A stretch of 64,000 bases of DNA from Candidatus Atabeyarchaeum deiterrae (GCA_037310415.1 CP147780.1:64001-128000); one strand, 5' to 3'; positions 29,684 through 39,134 are shown, counted from the stretch's first letter. Program-made: numbers and translations. The notes: generated from the sequence alone by a model not told the origin.

Positions 29684-29746
29684 CTACTTCTAATGAGTAT
29701 GTGTCAGAGAATCCTTAAATAGTTTTCTACTACTTCTTGGTAGTAG
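29684..29746. promoter_or_regulatory. Two TACT-N7-AGTA boxes flanking the divergent trmB/cmd-arsM TATA box
   Basis: CTACTTCTAATGAGTA (29684-29699) and CTACTTCTTGGTAGTA (29730-29745). The second sits inside the perfect inverted repeat CTACTAC-N6-GTAGTAG. Confidence 0.65.
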
Positions 29747-29771
29747 GTAAAAGTGAACGGAGTGGTATGAC

Positions 29772-30071
29772 ATGGAAGACAAAACGAAACTGTTGATAGC
29801 GGTCGGGGCCTCGGTCACGGCAAATTGTCAACCTTGCCTAAAAACCGCCGTCACAGAAGCGCAGGGAGCAGGAGTAGAAAAGAAGGAAATCCTTGAAGCA
29901 ATCGCCATAGGGAGAGTTGTTAGAAAAGGCGCATTTGGTAAGATGGACAAATTCGCCTCAACCCTAACCGGAAAGGATTTTGAGAACGGTTCAGATGAAT
30001 GTCCATTCGGCTCGACAGAGAAAGAAGTCAAAGAATGGGTAGCACAAGACGATCAATGTGGCTGCCATTAG
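29772..30071 (+). CDS. Carboxymuconolactone decarboxylase/AhpD-like CxxC protein
   Basis: LIAVGASVTANCQPCL...AQGAG...EILEAIAIG; Cys-rich tail. Confidence 0.85.
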   Translation: MEDKTKLLIAVGASVTANCQPCLKTAVTEAQGAGVEKKEILEAIAIGRVVRKGAFGKMDKFASTLTGKDFENGSDECPFGSTEKEVKEWVAQDDQCGCH

Positions 30072-30092
30072 TGGGGCACGAGGTAAGAAGAT

Positions 30093-30929
30093 ATGAAGGA
30101 CGAGAAAACAAAGAAAATTGTCCGGGAAGGCTACGCAAAAGTCGCCAAGAAGCAAACCTCTTGCTGTACAGCCGCACCAACTTCTTGCGGCTGTTCGGCG
30201 CCCACTAACAAAGAAATCAGCGAGAAAATAGGTTACAGTGAAGAGGAAATAAGTTCAGTCCCAGAAGGCGCAAACCTCGGTCTGGGATGCGGCAACCCCA
30301 TCGCGTTGGCCTCCCTGAAAGAAGGAGAAACTGTCCTCGACCTTGGCTCTGGTGCGGGATTCGACTGCTTCCTAGCAGCTAGCAGAGTCGGCAGAACCAG
30401 TAAGGTAATCGGCGTCGACATGACACCCGAGATGATAGGAAAAGCAAGAGAAAACGCAAGAAAAGGCAAGTACCAAAACGTAGAGTTCAGACTCGGAGAA
30501 ATAGAGAGCCTCCCAGTTGCAGACAGCACGATCGATATCATCATCTCCAACTGCGTAATTAACCTCTCACCAAACAAGAAACGCGTGTTCGAAGAAGCCT
30601 TTAGAGCTCTAAGAGCTGGCGGCAGACTAATGGTCTCAGACATAGTCCTTCTGAGAAAACTTCCTGAGAACATAAAGAAGAGTGTTCATGCATATCTCGG
30701 ATGCGTTGCAGGAGCAGAAATGAAAAACAAGTACCTGAAACTAATCAAAGAAGCTGGTTTCCACGAAACCAAGGTTATTGAAGAAAGCTTCTTCCCGATC
30801 GAAAACATTGCCAGCGACCCAACCGCACAAGCAATCATGAAAACCTCAGAAATGTCTGAAGGTGAAACTAGGGAACTTGCTAACACGGTCGCGAGCATAA
30901 GAGTCTCAGGGATCAAACCCAACAGCTAG
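30093..30929 (+). CDS. arsM: Arsenite S-adenosylmethionine methyltransferase
   Basis: N-terminal CC/CGC, LGLGCGNP, VLDLGSGAGFD, GVDMTPEM, IISNCVINL and GCVAGA. Confidence 0.95.
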   Translation: MKDEKTKKIVREGYAKVAKKQTSCCTAAPTSCGCSAPTNKEISEKIGYSEEEISSVPEGANLGLGCGNPIALASLKEGETVLDLGSGAGFDCFLAASRVGRTSKVIGVDMTPEMIGKARENARKGKYQNVEFRLGEIESLPVADSTIDIIISNCVINLSPNKKRVFEEAFRALRAGGRLMVSDIVLLRKLPENIKKSVHAYLGCVAGAEMKNKYLKLIKEAGFHETKVIEESFFPIENIASDPTAQAIMKTSEMSEGETRELANTVASIRVSGIKPNS

Positions 30930-31135
30930 CTTAACGCATCCTGAAACGCCACTCTTTCTAAACATCCGTCTCCTCCCTTTTTTCTTAAGACACCTCACAC
31001 AAAGAAGAGAGAATAGATCGCCTTCGTACCAATCACAGTCACCTACTCCTACCAAAAGAACACCCAATACGAAGGAGTACATCAACCAAGACAAAAAACA
31101 AGAAGCGAATAACACTTGCCGCAATACCTGAAACT

Positions 31136-31642
31136 TCATTTCAAGCTCTTGACAAACGGAATCGTCTTGAAACCATATTTCGTGCGCAGTCGCTCACCAG
31201 TATCCCTGTACCCCATCCTGGTCCAAAAAACATAAGATTTCCAAGGAACGCCTTGCGCATTCTCAGTAGTATCAGTCTTCATCAAGGAATGCCCACTTGT
31301 TATAGCAATATTCTCAACGTGAGTCACAAGAGCCCTACCCACACCCTTCCCCTGCTCATCCTTCCTAATATCAACGTTATCGATATCGACGTAACCACGT
31401 TCCTTCTTGAACACGATGAAACCGACTACCCTCCCATCCTTCTCAGCAACGATGACCTCAAAACCATCCTTCAACCTGTTCCTCCTAGCCCAAACCTTCG
31501 CAAGCACATCAGGCGAAGAAAAAGTAGCAAACTCCGGTGCGGTAAACCCCGCGATCTCGCTCCTAGTCTTTGACGATAGGTTAACCTCACATATAGACGG
31601 AATATCGTCGCGAATCGCGGGACGTATAACCAGTTCTGTCAT
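31136..31642 (-). CDS. GNAT N-acetyltransferase
   Basis: IRPA...VAEKDGRVVGF...EQGKGVGRAL...FWTRMGY. Confidence 0.9.
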   Translation of the reverse strand: MTELVIRPAIRDDIPSICEVNLSSKTRSEIAGFTAPEFATFSSPDVLAKVWARRNRLKDGFEVIVAEKDGRVVGFIVFKKERGYVDIDNVDIRKDEQGKGVGRALVTHVENIAITSGHSLMKTDTTENAQGVPWKSYVFWTRMGYRDTGERLRTKYGFKTIPFVKSLK

Positions 31643-31814
31643 AGCCCAAACGAGTGACGACTCATCGTATAACCATTTCTATCACACGCCAGTAATCAAG
31701 ACACAACCCACAAACATGAAAGTTCATTTCAAGGGTCTACCGTGACAACTGCCTTGCTTCGCTTCCTTCTTTGAACCCTGAGTCAATGTCACGGTTTAGC
31801 GCATCCCATCACGC

Positions 31815-32147
31815 TTAGAGTGCTTTCAGGATCTTTTCAAGATTCTTTGTTGCTATTGGTTCTTTTGACAGAAATTCCTTCAGCTTTCCGCATGGGTAAT
31901 CGCCACAGTGCGCGCATGTCTTTACTTTTCTTTCCTCAGAGCAGGGCCTTATCTTGCAGATTTTCCGGCACCAACCAGAAATTCTATTAGACATGCACCC
32001 GTCACAGTCAATGTCTTCTGGTTTGAACTCGACATTGAGCCCTTCGGTCCATTGTTTGGCCAACTGTTTTTTCCGTTCGGAATCTTTGGCTTGGGTTGCT
32101 TTGAACGCGTTACACTCAGCGCAGTCCAATCCACAATAAGCAATCAT
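31815..32147 (-). CDS. DUF3795 cysteine-rich protein (copy 2)
   Basis: IAYCGLDCAECNAF...CDGC...C.IRPC...CAHCGDYPC. Confidence 0.88.
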   Translation of the reverse strand: MIAYCGLDCAECNAFKATQAKDSERKKQLAKQWTEGLNVEFKPEDIDCDGCMSNRISGWCRKICKIRPCSEERKVKTCAHCGDYPCGKLKEFLSKEPIATKNLEKILKAL

Positions 32148-32182
32148 TTCAGATATGATTTTGTTCCCTCCTTCTTCAGGTC

Positions 32183-32563
32183 TTAAGTCAAGGTCATAGT
32201 CTGGCACTTCCCGCTAGACTCGAGTGTTTTCCGAATTTCTTCGAGATTTCTTGTGGCGACGGGGTCGCCTGACAAATACTCTTTCAGTTTTTCGCAAGGA
32301 TAATCGTCGCAGTGGCCACAGGTCTTGACTTTCCTTTCTTCCGCGCACGGTCTTATTTTGCAGAGTTTTGGGCAAAAACCAGAAATCACGCCAGACTTGC
32401 ATCCGTGACAGTCAACGTCTTCTGGTTTGAACTTAATCTCACCTTGATCAGACCAGTGTTTGGCTATCTGCTTTTTCCATTCAATGTCTTTCGTTTCGGT
32501 CGCTTTGAACGCTTTGCACTCGTTGCAGTGCAGTCCACAATAGGCAATCATTTCAGACATCAT
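32183..32563 (-). CDS. DUF3795 cysteine-rich protein (copy 1, tandem paralog)
   Basis: Same cysteine pattern; strong DNA similarity to 31815-32147. Confidence 0.88.
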   Translation of the reverse strand: MMSEMIAYCGLHCNECKAFKATETKDIEWKKQIAKHWSDQGEIKFKPEDVDCHGCKSGVISGFCPKLCKIRPCAEERKVKTCGHCDDYPCEKLKEYLSGDPVATRNLEEIRKTLESSGKCQTMTLT

Positions 32564-32870
32564 TTTTGCCTGCCTCTTTTTCAACGGTATAACGTATTGA
32601 ATGATTGTAGTCGACAAGATAAGCGTTCTACAGTCATATGCTGGTTGAATCCATGCCATGAAAGACTTGGCCATGGCTTGACCTCTGAACGGGAAATTGA
32701 GGAGTCGGTGATAGACCTGCTCACTCATACATCCCCTAATCGTCTCACCCATTCCACCTCAAGTGGCTCTAAGCTGGGAAACAGGATAGGAATTCTGGCG
32801 TCATGTGACTGAGCTGTCTGCGAGGCATGTGACGCACCCTCCGTAAGGAAGACGCGTGCCCCACCCAGCC

Positions 32871-33602
32871 CTACTTCAATATCAGATTCCGCCTTCTATC
32901 TGGAGGAATCAGCTTGAAGAGCTGGATATACGGAGCCAATGAAGACACAAGCTTATTTTCAGCCTTCTTCAGATGCTCCTGAAAAGTCGTCCTGGACACC
33001 TTCTTGTTTCGAGCTATTGTCTTGACATCAGTCTTCCGAGGCAACCTGTAGTAGCCGTAATTATACGCTGTCATTAGGGCGTCTATCTGCTTCCTTGTCA
33101 GATCTGAGAATAATGCGTCCGCAGTGAGCGTTAGTAGAGATGCTATGAAACCGTCGAAGGGCACCTTACGCAGCATCTTAAAGGAATAGCCTCTCTTCTC
33201 AAACTCTCTCAGTAATTCATCTATGTCCTGATGTCTGAACGCAATCACGCGGTAGTATTCCCATCCTGCCTCGTATGCAATAGGCGAGATCTGCAGGAGA
33301 TCGAATCGATCAATGATCTTTGTGATGGAGTTCTCCAGTGTGCAGGAACACGTCCTCGTAATCATATGGATTTTGCCGCCGTCGGATGACTCCTCGATTA
33401 TCCCAGCGATCTTGGATGCTTCCTTCACTATGACCTGGTAGTCCTCCTTTCTCTCTATGACCAACTCGATGACTTCTTTCTCTCCATTACACCAAGTAAA
33501 CATTCTCAAATTTGGGAACTGCTGCGAGAGATTACAGAAAGGACAGTCGTGGGCTACCTTGAAAACAATCTCAAATAGCGTCATATGACGTAATTTGTTC
33601 AT
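32871..33602 (-). CDS. Bat/HTH_10-family archaeal transcriptional regulator
   Basis: N-terminal HDCPFC; C-terminal LTRKQ..AL..AYNYGYY.LPRK...IA...SRTTFQEHLKKAENKL. Confidence 0.9.
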   Translation of the reverse strand: MNKLRHMTLFEIVFKVAHDCPFCNLSQQFPNLRMFTWCNGEKEVIELVIERKEDYQVIVKEASKIAGIIEESSDGGKIHMITRTCSCTLENSITKIIDRFDLLQISPIAYEAGWEYYRVIAFRHQDIDELLREFEKRGYSFKMLRKVPFDGFIASLLTLTADALFSDLTRKQIDALMTAYNYGYYRLPRKTDVKTIARNKKVSRTTFQEHLKKAENKLVSSLAPYIQLFKLIPPDRRRNLILK

Positions 33603-33637
33603 TCTTCACTTATTAGTTCCACCGTCACATGACGGTG
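33579..33637. promoter_or_regulatory. CGTCA-N2-TGACG palindromic operators at the start of the HTH_10 gene
   Basis: CGTCATATGACG (33579-33590) and CACCGTCACATGACGGTG (33620-33637); similar sites at 32799-32834. Confidence 0.6.
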
Positions 33638-33726
33638 CCCTTTTCTGATCGTCCTAACATCTCAAATCGACAACTTTAGAACCACATCCCCAAAAAAGGC
33701 GCCCAACAGAGAACGCTTCCATCCAG

Positions 33727-33854
33727 AAGAAAATGCATTCCAGAATCCTTGAGCATTTCGTCAAGGAAATCGATAATTCAAATGAAGTAAAAAGTTCTTT
33801 TTTGGACCGCCAGATGAGCATTCTGAGAATCTATAGTGCAGATGGATCCCGAAG
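33727..33854 (+). pseudogene. Degenerate 3' fragment of a DUF6125 paralog
   Basis: KKMHSRILEHFVKEIDNSNEVK / frameshift / FGPPDEHSENL*CRW aligns with the C-terminus of 24879-25394. Confidence 0.8.
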
Positions 33855-33997
33855 GTCAATAGAGTTATCCTGGGACGATTGCAGCTAGTGTGCACGCCCG
33901 CTGCACAAGTAGTGCACAAAGATTTGGCAACTGATGACTTGCGGCGTATCGAGAAGAGAAATCTCAAAGATGATTGATGGCAATTCCGATTTCCCGT

Positions 33998-35140
33998 TCA
34001 AACGCTCGGATCCCTTGAGTCATATGCTGTAGGCACCTCGACCAAAGGTTTCAGCATCTCGGCACTGCTTCTCTCTTCCTTAATTTCTTGTATTATCTTC
34101 TCTTTCTGATGATCACTTACCCCGAAGATCGGCTTAAACACGATGGGCAAGTCCCTTGGTATCAAGCTGCAGGCTTTCTGCAGTTTTCGTCCCGTCCTTG
34201 CTAAAGTGTCGACTAGGTAGAGCCTCTTACATCCATTCAAATCCTCAGGTCTGATTTTGAAGGAGTAAGGCTCCTTGTATTCTATTGAGTAGGTCAAAGG
34301 TATTGACAGTTTGTAGCTTACTTCAGCTGCAAAAGGAAGCCCGTACGTCGATATAGAAGCTACAGCGTTGCAATCCTCTTCGTAGCATTCGTAGGCAAGA
34401 AGGCTGCACACGTCAGAGAATCCGTCAGCATCCGCGAATATCTCCCACGACCTTAAAGCGACGGCTTTATCCTTTTCCCAGATTAAGCATCTGTCCTTAA
34501 GTTTTTTCAGGATAGTGGTCGAGTCCCTGCTCGCCTCAGACCGAGTAGGAGTACTCGGGCATTCAACCGAAGCCTTTTTCAACTCCTGTTTCCCTTGCTC
34601 TAACTCTAGATCTCCGAAGACTCTGTCTATCCCCTTCAGAAAGGTGGTTGCATTTTCTTGTCCCATTTGCCCTTTCAATGGATCAACAATCGTTACAGGT
34701 AGGGACACCAATGCTACTAGCTCAACTGACTTCGACTTTTCCAAAAGGCGCTCAACCATTTTGTTGGCAAGGAAGAGTTTGTAACCAGTACTCACAATGT
34801 CATCAAAGACGAGAACTCTGTTCAGAGGGCTCGGAGGCTTGCCCGCAGGTCGCGGTTCAGGTCTCACGATGGGAAGGAACATTCTCGAAATGGAGAAGGG
34901 TTTTCTCAACTTCTGTGCAACCCGAACAGCAAGAGGAATGCCTGAGGTTTCTACTCCAATGATCCAGTCGCAGGTGATAGCTTTGCCTTCTAGATTCTTG
35001 GTCAAACCCTCAAGGAGTTCTCGATTCTTCGGCTCGAAGAGTTTGCATGTCAGCCACTTGTGTCCTTCTTCTGGACTCCATCCAAGATAGCAGGTGCTAA
35101 TCAGCTTCTGAGTCAACTGATTCTGGTCGCCCAATTCCAT
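33998..35140 (-). CDS. Tandem double type I phosphoribosyltransferase-domain protein
   Basis: Domain 1: IIGVETSGIPLA...VLVFDDIVSTG. Domain 2: VASISTYGLPFA...LYLVDTLARTG. Confidence 0.85.
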   Translation of the reverse strand: MELGDQNQLTQKLISTCYLGWSPEEGHKWLTCKLFEPKNRELLEGLTKNLEGKAITCDWIIGVETSGIPLAVRVAQKLRKPFSISRMFLPIVRPEPRPAGKPPSPLNRVLVFDDIVSTGYKLFLANKMVERLLEKSKSVELVALVSLPVTIVDPLKGQMGQENATTFLKGIDRVFGDLELEQGKQELKKASVECPSTPTRSEASRDSTTILKKLKDRCLIWEKDKAVALRSWEIFADADGFSDVCSLLAYECYEEDCNAVASISTYGLPFAAEVSYKLSIPLTYSIEYKEPYSFKIRPEDLNGCKRLYLVDTLARTGRKLQKACSLIPRDLPIVFKPIFGVSDHQKEKIIQEIKEERSSAEMLKPLVEVPTAYDSRDPSV

Positions 35141-36113
35141 TAGACCCCGCGTAGAGGAAATCGTTCAAAGAAATGATCTCTTTCCACATCAATTGATAAT
35201 CAGGCACCTCTAGCGCCTCGGCTATTCTTTTCATATGATCTGCAAACATTCTGTTCTGGGACAGTAGCCGCTTTCCGAGAAAGGTAGGCCCTGTAATGTA
35301 CACGGCTCGCGAGCACCAATCCACAAGATCGATCACGAATCTAACGTCAGGGTCCTCGTCATAATGCACGACCTGGTTCTCTTCTTCCCTCTTTTCAAGC
35401 CAGCGTTCTGATATGGTACTAAAGGAGTCGGTACACATTGGTTTTTCATCTGAGTTCGTTGTTCCTGCCTCGTCGGTCGGTTCTCCCTTGAGATTTCCAC
35501 ACAACTTTCCAAGACTTGCAGCCAAATCTCTCTTTGCAATATTGTTGCCCTCATTTAAGATAGGCGGCTCTAGGGTGTGATCGTCGGAATTTCCTGTTAC
35601 GTGGTAGCAGACGTTGCAGAAGTTTCTTAGGAACTCGTACATGTAATGGCGGTTCCCGACTCTCCATGCCCTGTAAAGCCTCCTAAGTTCCTTTGACATC
35701 AGTGGCATTATTTTAACTGGTGAGAATTTAACTATGGCTTCGCCATATTCGTAATCCGCGATTCTAGTGCTTGAGAAGCCGAAAAACAGAAACGGGAAAG
35801 ATCCATGTAGTGCACTCGCTGCCCCCTGAAACTCTTCCAACTTCACGTAGAACTTACTAAGATTATCGATCACGCTACCTTGCCTTTTCAAGTAGTACCC
35901 ACATTCAGCAATAGCATCCCACAATCTCAACTTATTGGGCCTAATCCTATCCCCAGCCCTAAGGACAAGCGGAGGGATGGTTATTGCGAGGTACCCCATA
36001 ATCAGGAGATAAACCAGCGCCCACTCATATACTCCCACCAGACTGCCTAAATAAAGAATAACAAGACAACCTAGCACTATAGGCAAAGCACCGATCAGAT
36101 AGTACTTACGCAT
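35097..36113 (-). CDS. 2-TM membrane-anchored hypothetical protein
   Basis: ATG at 36113 overlaps the upstream stop codon. Two N-terminal TM helices, then a helical soluble domain. Confidence 0.7.
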   Translation of the reverse strand: MRKYYLIGALPIVLGCLVILYLGSLVGVYEWALVYLLIMGYLAITIPPLVLRAGDRIRPNKLRLWDAIAECGYYLKRQGSVIDNLSKFYVKLEEFQGAASALHGSFPFLFFGFSSTRIADYEYGEAIVKFSPVKIMPLMSKELRRLYRAWRVGNRHYMYEFLRNFCNVCYHVTGNSDDHTLEPPILNEGNNIAKRDLAASLGKLCGNLKGEPTDEAGTTNSDEKPMCTDSFSTISERWLEKREEENQVVHYDEDPDVRFVIDLVDWCSRAVYITGPTFLGKRLLSQNRMFADHMKRIAEALEVPDYQLMWKEIISLNDFLYAGSNGIGRPESVDSEAD

Positions 36114-36573
36114 AGAAATCCCCCACTCCGCCAATCCTTTCCCGCAGTCCTGAAGAATAAAGCAACAAGAATCCAGATGAGAGCCCCACAAGGAGGTAGG
36201 ACATTGCAACACAGGCAAGCTGTGTGGACCCAAGGTTAAGGAACTGCAGGAAAGTTATTGCCAGTACAAGAAAGTAAATGCTCCCGACTATCCTTACGGC
36301 AATATAGACATCCTGCGAATGCTTCATATACCAGTAGAAGATCAGGACTGGGAAGCCCATCAATGCTAGTATGATTATTGCGACGCAGATCCAGTGTATC
36401 AAGGAATTCGAATAGACGAACAAGTTTGATAGGAAGATGCTAACCGATGCTCCAAAAGACGCTCCAATCAAAGCGTCTTCAAATACAAGTGGAGTATCAG
36501 TTTGTGAAACATTTGGCAAATAATTCAACCTCACTGAAAGGTAACACCAAGATAGTGAATTCACGCGTTCCAA
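36106..36573 (-). CDS. 4-TM membrane protein, 5' end uncertain or possibly degraded
   Basis: Four hydrophobic helices; coupled to the downstream gene. Confidence 0.6.
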   Translation of the reverse strand: MERVNSLSWCYLSVRLNYLPNVSQTDTPLVFEDALIGASFGASVSIFLSNLFVYSNSLIHWICVAIIILALMGFPVLIFYWYMKHSQDVYIAVRIVGSIYFLVLAITFLQFLNLGSTQLACVAMSYLLVGLSSGFLLLYSSGLRERIGGVGDFYA

Positions 36574-37396
36574 TCAATCTTGCCTGCTTCTTATTCTGGA
36601 GTCAGACCGAGGTTCGAAAAGGTCGCATCATTGCTCAGGATCATTCCTAGCTTCGCGGCGTAAATTCGAGAGATAATTGCGTTGATCATCGGTAATGAGA
36701 ACCGCGTCAACGTGTTCGAGGTTCTCCACCTCATCTCTCCCCAGGAGCAAGAAGCTTCCTCTCATGCTCCCACCTGCGTCATACTAGGTATGACTTCCCA
36801 AGTAATATATAAGATCTTTGGGAGACTACTCAAGAAAAATTGAGTAACCTCCCCTATGATCTGGACTAATGCACCGAAACTACGGCACCTGTGAATGAGC
36901 CATTTGCACGGGTTCAAAGATACCACTAAGGGAAAGAGACTCCTTCATGAGACTGATCACACTATTCATTCCTGATAGCAACTCTGAATTCACTGAAACC
37001 CTGAAGGAAGAAACGGGCCCCAATCCCTATTCTTCGTAGTATAAAGCTCGCACGTGACTCTCCTCGCGCGGGCATAAACCTTATATCCACGACCCCATAA
37101 AAACAACATCGTCAGATGCGGGGGAAGCTCTGACCTGCCAGTCAGCTCGACGAGGAGGAGGAAAAGGCAAAGTTTCTCGAAATTGGTATTGGTCCATTCT
37201 GCACCATAAATCACGGGACGTACCGAGTTCACGAAACTCCTCCCTAACGAATGCGAGCACTTACTTGGTTTGAGTTCAGTCCAATCATGTTGTGGCCATC
37301 TGAAAAACCGAAGAACTCATGCCTGAAGAAAGCAACAGACTGACCGGGAGGTGATGTTGTATCCCAGTAGAGAAAAAGGACCTTGAAGGTCTGCCA

Positions 37397-37849
37397 GTGA
37401 CGATGAGGAATGTCCTGTTACGCGCTATAGGTGTCCCATCGTTTGCAGATGCGGCAAAAGTAATAAACGCAAACCCCACCAAGCTTGGAGCCCCCTCCGG
37501 GATGCTATGCAAAATTGCCCAGGAAGAACTTAAGCGTGAGACAAAGAGAGAGAACAGGATGGAGAGCGTATTCGAGGGTTTCCTATATGTAACACTTATT
37601 CTTGTAGTCATCACAGCCATATTGGTCCTGTTTAGTCTGATCACAGAGCCAATTGCTTCAGCTGCCATGGCGCTAATAACAGGAACCGCCACCGCCTTTT
37701 ACTTTAGTAGGCTCAAAGATCAAAGGAAACTCACGGGCGAAAAAGAGAGAAAGGTCAAAGAATACTGTGAGAGACATAAAATTGTCAAACGAATGTTACT
37801 CGCCAAGATGCCATCAGAGCAAATCGTGAGGATGTTGGGATCAGAGTGA
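37397..37849 (+). CDS. 2-TM hypothetical protein
   Basis: Helical hairpin TM pair. A strong SD GGAGGTGA at 37347 precedes an in-frame ATC at 37361. Confidence 0.6.
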   Translation: MTMRNVLLRAIGVPSFADAAKVINANPTKLGAPSGMLCKIAQEELKRETKRENRMESVFEGFLYVTLILVVITAILVLFSLITEPIASAAMALITGTATAFYFSRLKDQRKLTGEKERKVKEYCERHKIVKRMLLAKMPSEQIVRMLGSE

Positions 37850-38049
37850 GCGCGCTGAAGCGTAGCGCGCGCCTCTTCGAACTAGGCGTCGGAAGAATCT
37901 TAGAGAAACAAGGCATACAATCCAAGGAAACCACGCTAAAACTCGGCAAACACACCCACTGCCCAGACTTCCTTCTTCCTTTGGAACACGGAATCTGGTG
38001 CTTGCCTCAAACCTGCGCCTTTAAGCAGTCCCTCAGGAATCCGAAGTGA
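37846..38049 (+). pseudogene. Truncated PD-(D/E)xK nuclease fragment, paralogous to 59787-60971
   Basis: FELGVGRILEKQGI...TLKLGKHTHCPDF versus FELQVRKILDEHSI...TLKLGKRRYFPDF. Confidence 0.7.
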
Positions 38050-39134
38050 CACCACAGCCAGAACAGATAAATGTAAAAGAGAACCATGACAACAGCGCTT
38101 AGCTCCTTCGTCTGGTGGATGAACTGGTCGTACTTGAGAATCGCCACAGGGTGCGAGTCCAAAAACTCTATTCTTCTCTCAACATAATCTGGCCTATATG
38201 ATCCATGAGCAATTGAGTTTCTGATGTCCTTATTCAGGGGGGAGACCAGGAGCCTGAAAGATGGCGATGCCTTGCTGATGAGATTCAGGTTCAATCCTAG
38301 TGGATATTTTCGTATTCTCCTGTACTCGAGTTTTTTTCCTATTGACATCTGGTGAAGTCCAACTAATGTTCTTAGTTGTTTCTCGAATATTCCTGATAGC
38401 CAGCGGTAGGTGTCTATGAGTTTCTCGACTGTTCTCTTTGTCATTCGTCCAAATCTTCCATTCATGTATTTGTAGTGATTCTCAGCGTGTATTGACATGG
38501 AAAGTAGAACGTACGTGTCATTGCTCTTAGAAAGTTGGTCAAAGAAATCACCCGCAGCGATGGCGTCTTGTTTATTAGATCTGTATAAAGCCGCGATAAT
38601 GGCTTCAGCAGCGGACTTGCACTCAAAGAAGCTAGTGCCGGCCAGATATTGGTAGTCTCTGAAATCAGACTGTAGAAGCGTCTGATACAAGTCGTGATAG
38701 CCTTGGATCAGCATGTCTAGAACATCCTCGTTTGATGGAACTCCTAATAAGGAACTCAGATTGCTTAGAGACCTTCTAACACGCCGATATTTCTCTTCGC
38801 CGCTAAGGTTCTGGTTCTTGGCAGTGTTTTCGAGTTCGCGCTGAAGGTGTGGTATCAGAGAAACGAAATCTTCTGCACGCTGACTCAGCTGGTGCTTTTC
38901 ACTCATAGATAGTTCAAGTTTTCCGAGATTTCTGGCGCCGAAAAGCTTTGAAAGGAATTCCTCCTTTGTTATCCCCGATAGCCTCGAATAGTACTCTAGT
39001 AGTAAGTAGAGAATTCTATGCTTCTCTCTATCTCTCTGTTTCCGATTGGACGTGAAATCGGTTGATGCCGAATCCCCATTCATGAATCCTATGCCCTTCT
39101 CACTATTTCTGTCGAGGGGTCTGCTGTTTCTCAT
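38007..39134 (-). CDS. Hypothetical protein with C-terminal HEPN-like Rx4H motif
   Basis: All-helical C-terminal domain with DIRNSIAHG. Confidence 0.65.
   Translation of the reverse strand: MRNSRPLDRNSEKGIGFMNGDSASTDFTSNRKQRDREKHRILYLLLEYYSRLSGITKEEFLSKLFGARNLGKLELSMSEKHQLSQRAEDFVSLIPHLQRELENTAKNQNLSGEEKYRRVRRSLSNLSSLLGVPSNEDVLDMLIQGYHDLYQTLLQSDFRDYQYLAGTSFFECKSAAEAIIAALYRSNKQDAIAAGDFFDQLSKSNDTYVLLSMSIHAENHYKYMNGRFGRMTKRTVEKLIDTYRWLSGIFEKQLRTLVGLHQMSIGKKLEYRRIRKYPLGLNLNLISKASPSFRLLVSPLNKDIRNSIAHGSYRPDYVERRIEFLDSHPVAILKYDQFIHQTKELSAVVMVLFYIYLFWLWCHFGFLRDCLKAQV

Noticed and set aside
30930-31135. A further degenerate copy of the dispersed repeat
   Set aside because: Only short matches (CCTTCG...AATCAC, AACACCCAA) with the wrong spacing, in A/C-rich sequence.
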